This document shows positions 11,176 to 22,630 of a stretch of DNA of 64,000 bases, in pieces. The stretch is from Malacoraja senta (taxonomy: Eukaryota): the NCBI GenBank assembly GCA_038087875.1, contig CM075993.1:8744001-8808000 (forward strand), given 5' to 3'. The stretch's first letter is position 1. Each line of letters begins with the position of its first letter. The position numbers and the translations under genes are program-made. The notes beneath the pieces were generated by a model. It saw nothing but the letters and a program-made list of their open reading frames with translations. It was not told the origin of the DNA and did not search any database.

Positions 11176-14100
11176 AGGGAGTTAAGATGGCGCCTACCTG
11201 CGGAGACATTTTGCGAACAGCACAAAGAATGGCACAAAGAAAAACAGTTAAATACAGCATTTATGAACTCACCTGCATTAGGAAATCCACTGGAATCAAC
11301 GGCGTAAGTAGCGAGCTGCTAATGCATTTAAATGCATTAGCCCCACTGAGGACTCCCGTTGTTAGCGCCGGTAAGGGAATCCCCGAGGTTAGCGCCGGTC
11401 AGGGAATTCCCGAGGTTAGCGCCGGTCAGGGAATCCCTGGTCAGAGGGGATTCCCCAGCCTTGCGGAGAAGCACAGTCACACCAAGAACCTTACCTGCAA
11501 ACACTGGGGAGGCCTTCAGGGAGTCCGGAATCTAAGCCATCAGGCAGGGTCCGCCAGCAGCAACGGAGCTGGAGGTGCAGACTGTATGGGAAATCCAGAT
11601 GTCAGGGGATTCCCCGACCTCGGGGAGACCCGTAGGTACTGTACCTGTAAACAGCGAGGAGGGCTCCATGGAGTACGGAAACGTGGCCATCGGGCAGGAC
11701 TACAGGACTTCGACCCCCTCTCCCTACTATCCTACTGGCCAACGTACAGTCATTAGAAAATAAAGTGGAGGACCTAAGGGCAAGGCTGCTTTATCAAAGG
11801 GAGCTGAGGGAATGCTCTGTGTTCAGTTTCACAGAGACATGGCTCACCCCCAGCTCCCCAGACTCAGCAGTCCAGCCTGAAGGTTTCTCCATCCACTGTA
11901 CGGACCGTACACTGGCATCTGGGAAAGGGAGAGGTTGGGGCGTCTGCCTCATGTTCAACTCTGCGTGGTGCTCAGACGTGGCAGTCCTGTCCAACTCCTG
12001 CTCCCATACCTCGAACATCTGGCCGTGAAGTGCCGCCCCTTCTACCTTCCAAGGGAATTCACCTCCATTATCCTGACCGCGGTCTACATCCCACCCCAAG
12101 CAGACGTCCGTCTGGCACTGGAGGAGCTGCACGCCGTGGCCAACAAACACCAGAAGTCTTACCCTGAGGCGTTTACCACCATAGCCGGGGACTTCAATAA
12201 AGCAAACACCAAGAAATCGCTCCCTAACTTCCACCAACATGTCTCCTGCTGCACCAGAGGACCAAACACCCTCGACCACTGCTACACCACCATCAAGGAT
12301 GCCTATCGCTCTATCGCTCGACCTCACTTCGGTAAATCCGACCACACCGCGGTGCTGCTTCTTCCTGCGTACAGGCAGCAATTGAAGAGCGCACCCCCGG
12401 AAGTGAGGACTGTACAGAGCTGGTCGGGGGGGGGGGGGGATTTGGATTCTGTAGACTGGGCAATGTTCAAGGACTCGGCAACAGCCTTGAACGAATGCGC
12501 CACAGTCGTTACAGACTTCATTAAGAAATGTGTGGAGGACTGCATCCGTACAAAAACCTTCAAGAGTGTTTCCCAATCAGAAGCCTTGGATGAATTCTAA
12601 GATCCGCACTCTTCTGAAGACCAGGCACCGGGCATTCATGTCTGATGATATAGTGGTCTACAAGAAGTCCAGATACGACCTTGGTAACGCCATCAAAAAG
12701 GCCAAACGGGACTTCTGCTACAAGCTGGAGGATGAGACAGATGTTCGGCAGCTGTGGCGGGGCCTGAATGCAATCACCTCCTACAAGGCGAAATCAGGAG
12801 GTAGCTCGAATGTCGGCGAAACATCACTCCCTGACGAGCTCAATGCGTTTTACGCACGCTTCGATAGGGAGAACACTGATGTGCCTCCTCGAGCCCCCAT
12901 TCGCTGTGATGGTATTTCAGTCTCAGTCACAGAGGCCGACGTCAGAAAATCCTTCAGAGGGGTGAACCCTCGTAAAGCGCCTGGACCTGATGGTATACCA
13001 GGTCGTGTTCTAAAAACCTGTGCGGACCAACTGGCTGGAGTTTTTGCGGACATTTTCAGCCTCTCACTTTTGAGGTCTGAGGTTCCCACCTGTTTTAAAA
13101 GGGCATCAATTGCCCAAGAAGAGCAAGGTGACGTGCGTCAATGACTATCGACCAGTGGCACTAACGTTGGTGGTGATGAAGTGCTTTGAGAGATTGATCA
13201 TGGCGCAAATCAACTCCTACCTCGACACAACAGATAAACGGTGGATGCGATTTCGCTGGGTCTCCACTCCGCTCTGGACCACTTGGACAACAAAAACTCA
13301 TATGTCAGGCTGTTATTCATTGATTACAGCTTGGCATTTAATACAATCATCCCCTCCATGCTGGTTATCAAGCTCTCAGATCTGGGTCTCTGCGCATCCC
13401 TCTGCAATTGGATCCTCGACTTCCTCATTCAAAGACCACAGACTGTTCGTATTGGTGGAAATATGTCAGCCTCGATAACAATCAGCACGGGAGCACCTCA
13501 AGGCTGCGTGCTCAGCCCCTGCTGTACTCACTCTATACTTATGACTGCGTAGCCAGTCATAGTGCGAATTCCATCATCAAGTTCGCTGACGACACCATTG
13601 TTGTGGGACGTATCACTGATGGGAACGAGTCAGACTATAGAAGTGACTGACAAAATGGTGCCAGCACAATAACCTGGCCCTCAACACCAGCAAAACCAAG
13701 GAACTGATTGTGGACTTTGGAAGCGGTAGGATAGGGACCCAGTCTCATTTATATCAACGGGTCGATGGTGGAGAGGGTCAAGAGCTTCAAATTCCTGGGC
13801 GTGCATTTTTATGAAGATCTCTCCTGGTCTGAGAACACTGATGCAATTATTAAGAATGCACATCAGCGACTCTACTTCCTGAGAAGATTACCGAGAGTCG
13901 GTATATCAAGGAGGACTCTCTCTAACTTCTACAGGTGTCCAGCAGAGAGCATGCTGACCGGTTGCATCGTGGCTTGGTTCGGCAACTTGAGCGCCCAGGA
14001 TCGGAAAAGATTACAAAAAGTAGTAAACACTGCCCAGTCCATCATCAGCTCTGACCTCCCTACCATTGAGGGGATCTATCGTAGTCGCTGCATCAAAAAG

Positions 14101-14468
14101 GCTGGCAGCATCATCAAGGACCCACACCATCCTGGCCACACACTCATCTCCCCGCTACCTTCAGGTAGAAGGTACGGGAGCCTGAAGACTGCAATGTCCA
14201 GGTTCAGAAATAGCTACTTCCCCACAGCCATCAGGCTATTAAACTCAACTGAAACAAATCTCTGAACATTAATTGACCATTATCTGTTTATTTGCACTTT
14301 ATCTGCTTATTTATCGATGTGTGTATATATTTATATAATGGTTTATGGACACACTGATATGTTCTGTATTCATGCCTACTATATTCTGTTGTGCTAAACC
14401 AAAGCAAGAATTTAATTGTCCTATCTGGGACACATGACAATAAACTCTCTTGACTCTTGACTTGACTC
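11176..14468 (+). mobile_element. Rex1/Babar-clade LINE, near full length, frameshifted (APE + RT)
   Basis: APE motifs LLANVQS, FTETWL, VYIPPQ, IAGDFN, TLDHCY, KSDH; RT motifs [36 protein letters not shown]; 3' AATAAA and (CTTGA)n tail. Confidence 0.9.
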
Positions 14469-17319
14469 TCTTCGTCCGAGCACATTATCGGACGCGTCAT
14501 GCAAGCCGTCTTAAATGACCACCTAAGCTGTCATTTGGCAACCTAAAAAGCTGCCAAGGTTGCCCGGCTGACAACAGAGAAAAAAAGTTAAGTGAGAGTC
14601 CTGCAAGGTGTGTAATATTTTTGACACTGTCATAGGCCTTTTTTTTTACCTATGCTGTCACAATGCACTGTAGTCTCTAAACAACCCTTCAGTAATTTTC
14701 CTTGCCCTCCATTTCAGAATAATAGTGTTTTAAGCCGATAATTCGACACTAGCATTGGCAATAAATAAATAAATAAAGCACAGCTTTCCAGCCCCTTATC
14801 TCATTGGCCATGCTCAGCTGCAAATCGGTGTCAATCTGGTGGACCATCTTCCTCTAGTCGTGGGGGTGGGGGATTAGGAGGGGCCTCACAAGTGGAACAG
14901 CCTCTCTTCATCTAAATCCGGCACTGGAGTATGCCATCAGATTATAGTCTATCCTGACTGAACTTATGAAGTTATTTCTCTACTTTGCATTTGGCCTCAT
15001 CCTGGCAGTGGAGGAGGCAAAGGACAGACAGGTCAGTATGGGAATGAGAATTAAAATGGTCACCTTTCTGGAAGGGCAGCTTAGGCCCCTGGATGGAGGT
15101 GACCGAGATAGTATTATAGGAGAATGCCTGGGGACAGCAAAACTGTGTGCAAAAAGATGAAGCCTCACGAGAACACAATATCCTTGATTTGTGTACTGTG
15201 GTGTTTTTATATTTAATTTATTCCGATTATGTGTTTTGTATTTTTGTGATTCTATGCCTTGTAAGGTGTCCTTGGGTTTTAGAAAGGCGCCAGTAAATAA
15301 AATGAATTATTATTATTATTAATATAATTGTAGTTAAACATCTTTATCTCATATAAATCATATTTACTGCTAGCAAACCACTTGTCATCCTAATTAATGC
15401 CTCTACATATTGGCTTTCAACGACTTAAGTGTGAGGGCACCTCGGTTCCTTTTACGATTGAAATTCCTAGCATCTCAGCATTTAGAAAAAACTCTGATTT
15501 TCTGTGCTCGAAGGTAGATAACCTAATTTTTCTTTCATACGCATTATACTTCATTTGCTATGTCCACACCACACACTTAACTTTCCTATATCCTCTTAAA
15601 GCTTCTTTACATCTTTCCTTCTCACAATGCTACCGAATTTTATATCATCAGCATACTTAAGATATTTTGCCCCCTCAGCCAATTTGCTGATATAGATTGT
15701 GAAGAACTTGGCTTCAGCACAGATTTTCCTATCATAAATCCATGCCGACTCTTTTTTTATCCCATTATTCTTTTCTACTTCTATAATCCTTATTAACTGA
15801 ATATTTTCCCTACTGACGCTAGACTAATAGATCAGAAGGTCCCTATTTCACTCTTCACCTGACCCACCAAATATTTTCACCAGTTTGTTTTTATTTCAAC
15901 ATTGAGCATCATCAGTTTTTTCTTAAAAAAATAATTTACACTAGTTTTAGATAGTTTAAAAACAATAGCTATAAACATCTTGCTTTCATCTGTCTCTTCA
16001 ATACAGTATCCAGTGTTTTGCCCATCCAATGTTTCTGCCTGACCATGCAAGTTTACCAGTTTACCTCAATCCAAGAATCCTACCTTTGACATCTCTGATC
16101 TTCTCCTTCCCACCCCTTCCAGCTTCAACACCACCATCATGTCCTACCTAGTCAACTTCCTTAATCTGTCATTGCCAATTCTAATCGGCTCCAACTCCCA
16201 AACCTTTCTACTATCTCCAATCTCTTCCACTTACCTAACTACAACTCATCTATTTTACCCAACATACTAGCTTTGGTAAGAAACCAACCAAAAATATGGA
16301 AAGGAACTGCATCTTCATTTATGTCAAATCATACAAGACAACTGAAAAATCTTACTTTTAGGTTTGTCTAGAATCCTTCCCTCTTTTCACAACCAAATAT
16401 CAGTGTCCTTATTCAATGACTATAAAGGGTGATAAACAAAACAGCAAAAATCTGAAACATACACCAAAAACAATTCAAATCCGAAGAGACCGAGCTTAAA
16501 ATTGTATTTAACTCATGGGTTCCCATCAATACATGGACAGGACTCCACTCATTATATCACCTCCCCTCTTTTCACAACCAAATATCAGCACCTATATTCA
16601 GTGACTTCAAAGCACAATGAACAAAACAACAGTTGTCTGAACCATACAGCCAAAATAGCACAGTCCATGGAGGTTCTGCTTAAAACTGTCGGCAGTACCA
16701 TCGTTAGTTGGAGGACTACATCAGTTTGTACACATAGTAAGCAAAACAGCTCATGTCAATATTTAAAATAGATTTCCTGCCCGTAAGCAATTTTACTTCG
16801 GAGTCACATAAGAATGAAGAATGAAGAAATTTTGTAGAGGTGTACCGCAGAGTACTCAGACAGACTGCGGGTCTGTGAGTAGCGGGCGCCCTTTAAATTT
16901 TTTTTAAAAACGGTTACCGTTTAGCGCCATTTAGAGCGCATAAGATATAGAGGTGGCTGTTAGAGAAGTCAGACCGGAGGATACCCGATTCAGGTAACTA
17001 GTCTGTTATATTTAAAACCTAGTTGCAAGGCAATGCAGGGAATGCCCGATTCAGGTAACTAGTCTGTTATATTTAAAACCTAGTTGCAAGGCAATGCAGG
17101 GAATGCCTGGGGAATGTCCAGGTTTACCGTTGGCCTAAAGGAGAGCCAGCGTTGGAAGCCCGGACCTGGGGAAGGTCCGGGCTTAGTGTTGGCCTAGAGA
17201 AGAGCCAGTGTATGAAGTGCCTGGGGAAGGTCCGGTTTAGCATTGTCCCTACAGGGCCAGTGCAGGGAGTGCCTGGTGGAGGTCCAGGTTTAGCGTTGGC
17301 CTAGAGGAGAGCCACGCTT

Positions 17320-18588
17320 AGATACATAGATAATAGGTGCAGGAGTAGGCCATTCGGCCCTTCGAGCCTGCACCGCCATTCAATATGATAATGGCTGATC
17401 ATCCAACTCAGTATCCCGTACCTGCCTTCTCTCCATACACCCTGATCCCTTTAGCCACAAGGGCCACATCTAACTCCCTCTTAAATATAGCCAATGAACT
17501 GGCCTCAACTATCCTCTGTGGTGGAGAGTTCCAGAGATTCACCACTCTCTGTGTGAAAAAGTTTTTCCTCATCTCGGTCTTAAAGGATTTCCCCCTTATC
17601 CTTAAGCTGTGACCCCTTGTCCTGGACTTCCCCAACATCGGGAACAATCTTCCTGCATCTAGCCTGTCCAACCCCATAAGAATTTTGTACGTTTCTAAAA
17701 GATCCCCTCTCAATCTCCTAAATTCTAGCGAGTATAAGCCAAGTCTATCCAGTCTTTCTTCATATGAAAGTCCTGACATCCCAGGAATCAGTCTGGTGAA
17801 CCTTCTCTGCACTCCCTCTATGGCTATAATGTCCTTCCTCAGATTTGGAGACCAAAACTGCACGCAATACTCCAGGTGTGGTCTCACCAAGACCCTGTAC
17901 AACTGCAGTAGAACCTCCCTGCTCCTATACTCAAATCCTTTTGCTATGAAAGCTAACATACCATTCGCTTTCTTCACTGCCTGCTGCACCTGCATGCCTA
18001 CTTTCAATGACTGGTGTACCATGACACCCAGGTCTCGCTGCATCTCCCCATTTCCTAATCGGCCACCATTTAGATAATAGTCTGCTTTCCTGTTTTTGCC
18101 ACCAAAGTGGATAACCTCACATTTATCCACATTATACTGCATCTGCCAAACATTTGCCCACTCACCCAGCCTATCCAAGTCACCTTGCAGTCTCCTAGCA
18201 TCCTCCTCACAGCTAACACTGCCCCCCAGCTTAGTGTCATCCGCAAACTTGGAGATGTTGCCTTCAATTCCCTCATCCAGTTCATTAATATAAATTGTAA
18301 ATAGCTGGGGTCCCAGCACTGAGCCTTGCGGTACCCCACTAGTCACTGCCTGCCATTGTGAAAAGGACCCGTTTACTCCTACTCTTTGCTTCCTGTTTGC
18401 CAGCCAGTTCTCTATCCACATCAATACTGAACCCCCAATACCGTGTGCTTTAAGTTTGTATACTAATCTCTTATGTGGTACCTTGTCAAAAGCCTTCTGA
18501 AAGTCCAGATACAACACATCCACTGGTTATCCCCTATCCATTCTACTAGTTACATCCTCGAAAAATTCTATAAGATTCGTCAGACACG
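17320..18588 (-). mobile_element. CR1 LINE, 5'-truncated, with an open RT frame
   Basis: ORF 17408-18523 (371 aa): YLDFQKAFDKVPH, SGVPQGSVLGP, SKFADDTKL; intact 3' UTR. Confidence 0.93.
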
Positions 18589-18599
18589 CTTGGAGTGCT

Positions 18600-19060
18600 T
18601 TAGAAGGTCCGGCTTCTAAAGACTACAAAAAGTAGTAAACACTGCCCAGTCCATCATCGGCTCTGACCTCCCTTCCATCGAGGGGATCTACCACAGTCGC
18701 TGCCTCAAAAAGGCTGGCAGCATCATCAAGGACCCACACCATCCTGGCCACACACTCATCTCCCTACTACCTTCAGGTAGAAGGTACAGGAGCCTGAAGA
18801 CTGCAATGACCAGGTTCAGGAACAGCTACTTCCCCACAGCCATCAGGCTATTAAACCTGGCTCGGACATAACACTGAACTTTACTAGCCAATACTGTTAT
18901 TTGCACTTTATCAGTATATTGACCATTGTGTATATATTTATAGAATGCCTTGTAGTAAATGCCTACTATGTTCTGTTGTGCTCAAGCAAAGCAAGAATTT
19001 CATTGTCCTACCAGGGACACATGACAATAAACTCACTTCACTTGACTTGACTTGACTTGG
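18600..19060 (+). mobile_element. Rex1/Babar-like LINE 3' fragment
   Basis: Homologous to 14005-14468; ends AATAAA..(CTTGA)n. Confidence 0.8.
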
Positions 19061-21366
19061 CTCAATGTTGGCCTAAGGGAGAGCCAGCGTAGGAAGTATT
19101 TGGGAAAGTCCGGTTCAGCGCTGGCCTACAGGTGAGCCAGTGTGAGCAAATGTTTGGTTAAAGGATGCGTTGGTCTACAGGAGAGCCAGCGCCAACTATA
19201 TCTGGAAGTTAACGTTGGCCTACAGGTGAGCCAGCGCCAGCAGCACCTGAAAGAGGGCTGCCTATGTGTTTATATCACAACAAGGTGGAATTAGCACTCA
19301 TGTGTAGTGCGCACTTTCAAATAACTGTATTTATAAAAGTGCTATAAAACCTAATATATACCCTAAGTTTGGGGGCTCTGAATACCATCTAATATTTAAA
19401 TTGTCTATTAATCTGTTTTTAGAAAGATCAAGCCAAAAAAAAGGTATGATCCTGTGTGATTGACAGATCAAATTAAGGCAGTTTTCCCTTCCAATATGTG
19501 GTGACTGGGGATAGTAAAGTATCAATTTTGTCTTTCCCATCTGTGCGTTATAGGCGCACTCCTCCTGAGATATATGGAAGTTATAATAGTCCACTAAGAT
19601 CAGGGGATAACAATTGCCATAAGCAAACCCTGAGGAGGAGGTCTGGTTCTGTAAGAAACATATTAAATGTTTTACACTTACAAGTTGGGGAAGATTACAA
19701 TTCTTGCTAAAAGATGGCAATTTGATATTATACTGTACAGTATTGTGGGGTTTAGAATGTAGTTCTACCCATATTTGGTTTCTCTTACTAAGGTATTTGA
19801 AACCAGACACATATTTCTCAAAATAAGAGAATATGTAGATTCAGACAAAACATGAAATATTGTGATAAAGAGATGATTAAGAAGTCAGTTCACCATTACC
19901 ATCAATTAATGCCAAATATGTTATGAGAGCAAATAAGGATGGTGGGTGTAGAATTATTCTAGATCAGACACATTTTAACTCTTTTTTTGTACAGTATAAA
20001 CAGTTGGTAACATTTGTTAATGTTATGCAGCCAATTTAAAAAATATGCATTTTACTATGTGACTGTGTATGGTAATAATAGATATTTTAATTTTATCTGG
20101 ATAAGCCAATTATGGCAATTTAAAGCATTGTATTAATGTTTAGTCTCAGCCTTGAGACTATTTGACAGGTTGGATCTAATATTAGCTTTACTAAGAACAG
20201 GGCCATTTGGTAATGGTCTATTGCTATATTCTGATTGGAGGAAGCATTCGGACTACAACAGAACCATGAGTGTTAGAATCAAGCTCACTTTGGAGATTTA
20301 TTAACCATCGAGATAAATCTAAACAGTTTCCAAACACAGTTATTGATTATTTGGGTTCCATTATTAAAAGAGAACACATAATTGTGATCCGACTACAGAT
20401 TAAGACTGCATTTAAGTGGAAGTTGTATAAAGCTCATTATAGAGCATCAACCATTGTATAAAGCTCATTATAGAGCACTAATCCTCAATTAGGCATTTAA
20501 TTGGAAGTTGTAATAAGCTCATTACAGAGCACCAACCCTCAATTAGGCAGGAAGCAAGCCTACTTTACAAACTTTTTGCTTATTTTCAGCTGTAGAATTT
20601 AGACTGCTGCATTATCAGAATTTACAGTAAGCATGGATAGAGGAATGGATAATACAATTTAGGGCAAGTTTGCCAGGCCATGTATTTGCCAGTTGCAGTT
20701 ATTACTGGAATATTAATGAATCAGGAGTGTCTCAAATGCCTCCAGAGAGATTCTGGCTGAACACCTTCCATTATGCTACACACTAATTGTAGTGCTCTAA
20801 GTTGAGGTCATACTTATAAGTATTTTCAGCTGTGGAGGTACATGGAATATGAAGAAAGTACCTTTTGATGCAATAACAAGGGATCATTAATGAAAGTTTT
20901 AGGAACAGTTATGGCCTAAAGCTTATTGCTCTTATATGCAAAGTTTGCATGTTTAGATATAGATTGACATTACGGAATAGAACGTATGTCAATCATTTGT
21001 GGTATAAGTCAGTATCTTGTAATAGACTGGCTAATGTGATCTGGATCTGGTGTTTACCAGAAATATTTGATTGGCAATCTACCTATGATGTAGATTCAAT
21101 ATAGTTGAAGAATCAAGGTCATGTAAATCAATGATAATATAGAATGAATGTTGGATCGTGACAAATTTAATAATATTGTTGCACGATTGAGGATTTGTTT
21201 GTATCCAGATTTAACCACCAATTGCCTAAATATATGTTATAGAGCCTGATACTGGGGCAGTAGCGGTGGATGTTTTCTCGCTGCATTGGGGTAAAATGTT
21301 TGTATACATTTTTTCCCATTTAACAGTATATATAGGTTAGCGTTGGCCTAGAGGAGAGCCACGCTT

Positions 21367-22630
21367 AGATACATAGATAATAGGTGCAGGAGTAGGCCAT
21401 TCGGCCCTTCGAGCCTGCACCGCCATTCAATATGATAATGGCTGATCATCCAACTCAGTATCCCGTACCTGCCTTCTCTCCATACCCCCTGATCCCTTTA
21501 GCCACAAGGGCCACATCTAACTCCCTCTTAAATATAGCCAATGAACTGGCCTCAACTACCCTCTGTGGCAGAGAGTTCCAGAGATTCACCACTCTCTGTG
21601 TGAAAAAGTTTTTCCTCATCTCGGTCTTAAAGGATTTCCCCTTTATCCTTAAGCTGTGACCCCTTGTCCTGGACTTCCCCAACATCGGGAACAATCTTCC
21701 TGCATCTAGCCTGTCCAACCCCATAAGAATTTTGTACGTTTCTATAAGATCCCCTCTCAATCTCCTAAATTCTAGCGAGTATAAGCCAAGTCTATCCAGT
21801 CTTTCTTCATATTAAAGTCCTGACATCCCAGGAATCAGTCTGGTGAACCTTCTCTGCACTCCCTCTATGGCTATAATGTCCTTCCTCAGATTTGGAGACA
21901 AAAACTGCACGCAATACTCCAGGTGTGGTCTCACCAAGACCCTGTACAACTGCAGTAGAACCTCCCTGCTCCTATACTCAAATCCTTTTGCTATGAAAGC
22001 TAACATACCATTCGCTTTCTTCACTGCCTGCTGCACCTGCATGCCTACTTTCAATGACTGGTGTACCATGACACCCAGGTCTCGCTGCATCTCCCCATTT
22101 CCTAATCGGCCACCATTTAGATAAGTCTGCTTTCCTGTTTTTGCCACCAAAGTGGATAACCTCACATTTATCCACATTATACTGCATTAGCAAAACATTT
22201 GCCCACTCACCCAGCCTATCCAAGTCACCTTGCAGTCTCCTAGCATCCTCCTCACAGCTAACACTGCCCCCCAGCTTAGTGTCATCCGCAAACTTGGAGA
22301 TGTTGCCTTCAATTCCCTCATCCAGTTCATTAATATAAATTGTAAATAGCTGGGGTCCCAGCACTGAGCCTTGCGGTACCCCACTAGTCACTGCCTGCCA
22401 TTGTGAAAAGGACCCGTTTACTCCTACTCTTTGCTTCCTGTTTGCCAGCCAGTTCTCTATCCACATCAATACTGAACCCCCAATACCGTGTGCTTTAAGT
22501 TTGTATACTAATCTCTTATGTGGTACCTTGTCGAAAGCCTTCTGAAAGTCCAGATACAACACATCCACTGGTTATCCCCTATCCACTCTACTAGTTACAT
22601 CCTCGAAAAATTCTATAAGATTCGTCAGAC
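21367..22630 (-). mobile_element. CR1 LINE copy within the duplication (frameshifted)
   Basis: Near-identical to 17320-18588 but split into ORFs 21978-22568, 21812-22177 and 21455-21760. Confidence 0.9.

Larger units (their letters stand above)
7803..14603. mobile_element. Inner TIR DNA element (hAT-like, apparent 5-bp TSD)
   Basis: Imperfect TIRs CCGGACTCGAAATTAAC and GTTAAGTGAGAGTCCTG; CAAGG on both sides (7798-7802, 14604-14608); subterminal motifs GGCAACCTAAAA and TTGCCCGG near both ends. Confidence 0.55.
7729..14926. mobile_element. Non-autonomous hAT-like element (about 400 bp of own sequence) expanded by nested insertions
   Basis: 14-bp TIRs CAGAGCCGGATTTA (7729) and TAAATCCGGCACTG (ends 14926), one mismatch; exact 8-bp TSD GAGTATGC at 7721-7728 and 14927-14934. 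Confidence 0.85.
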
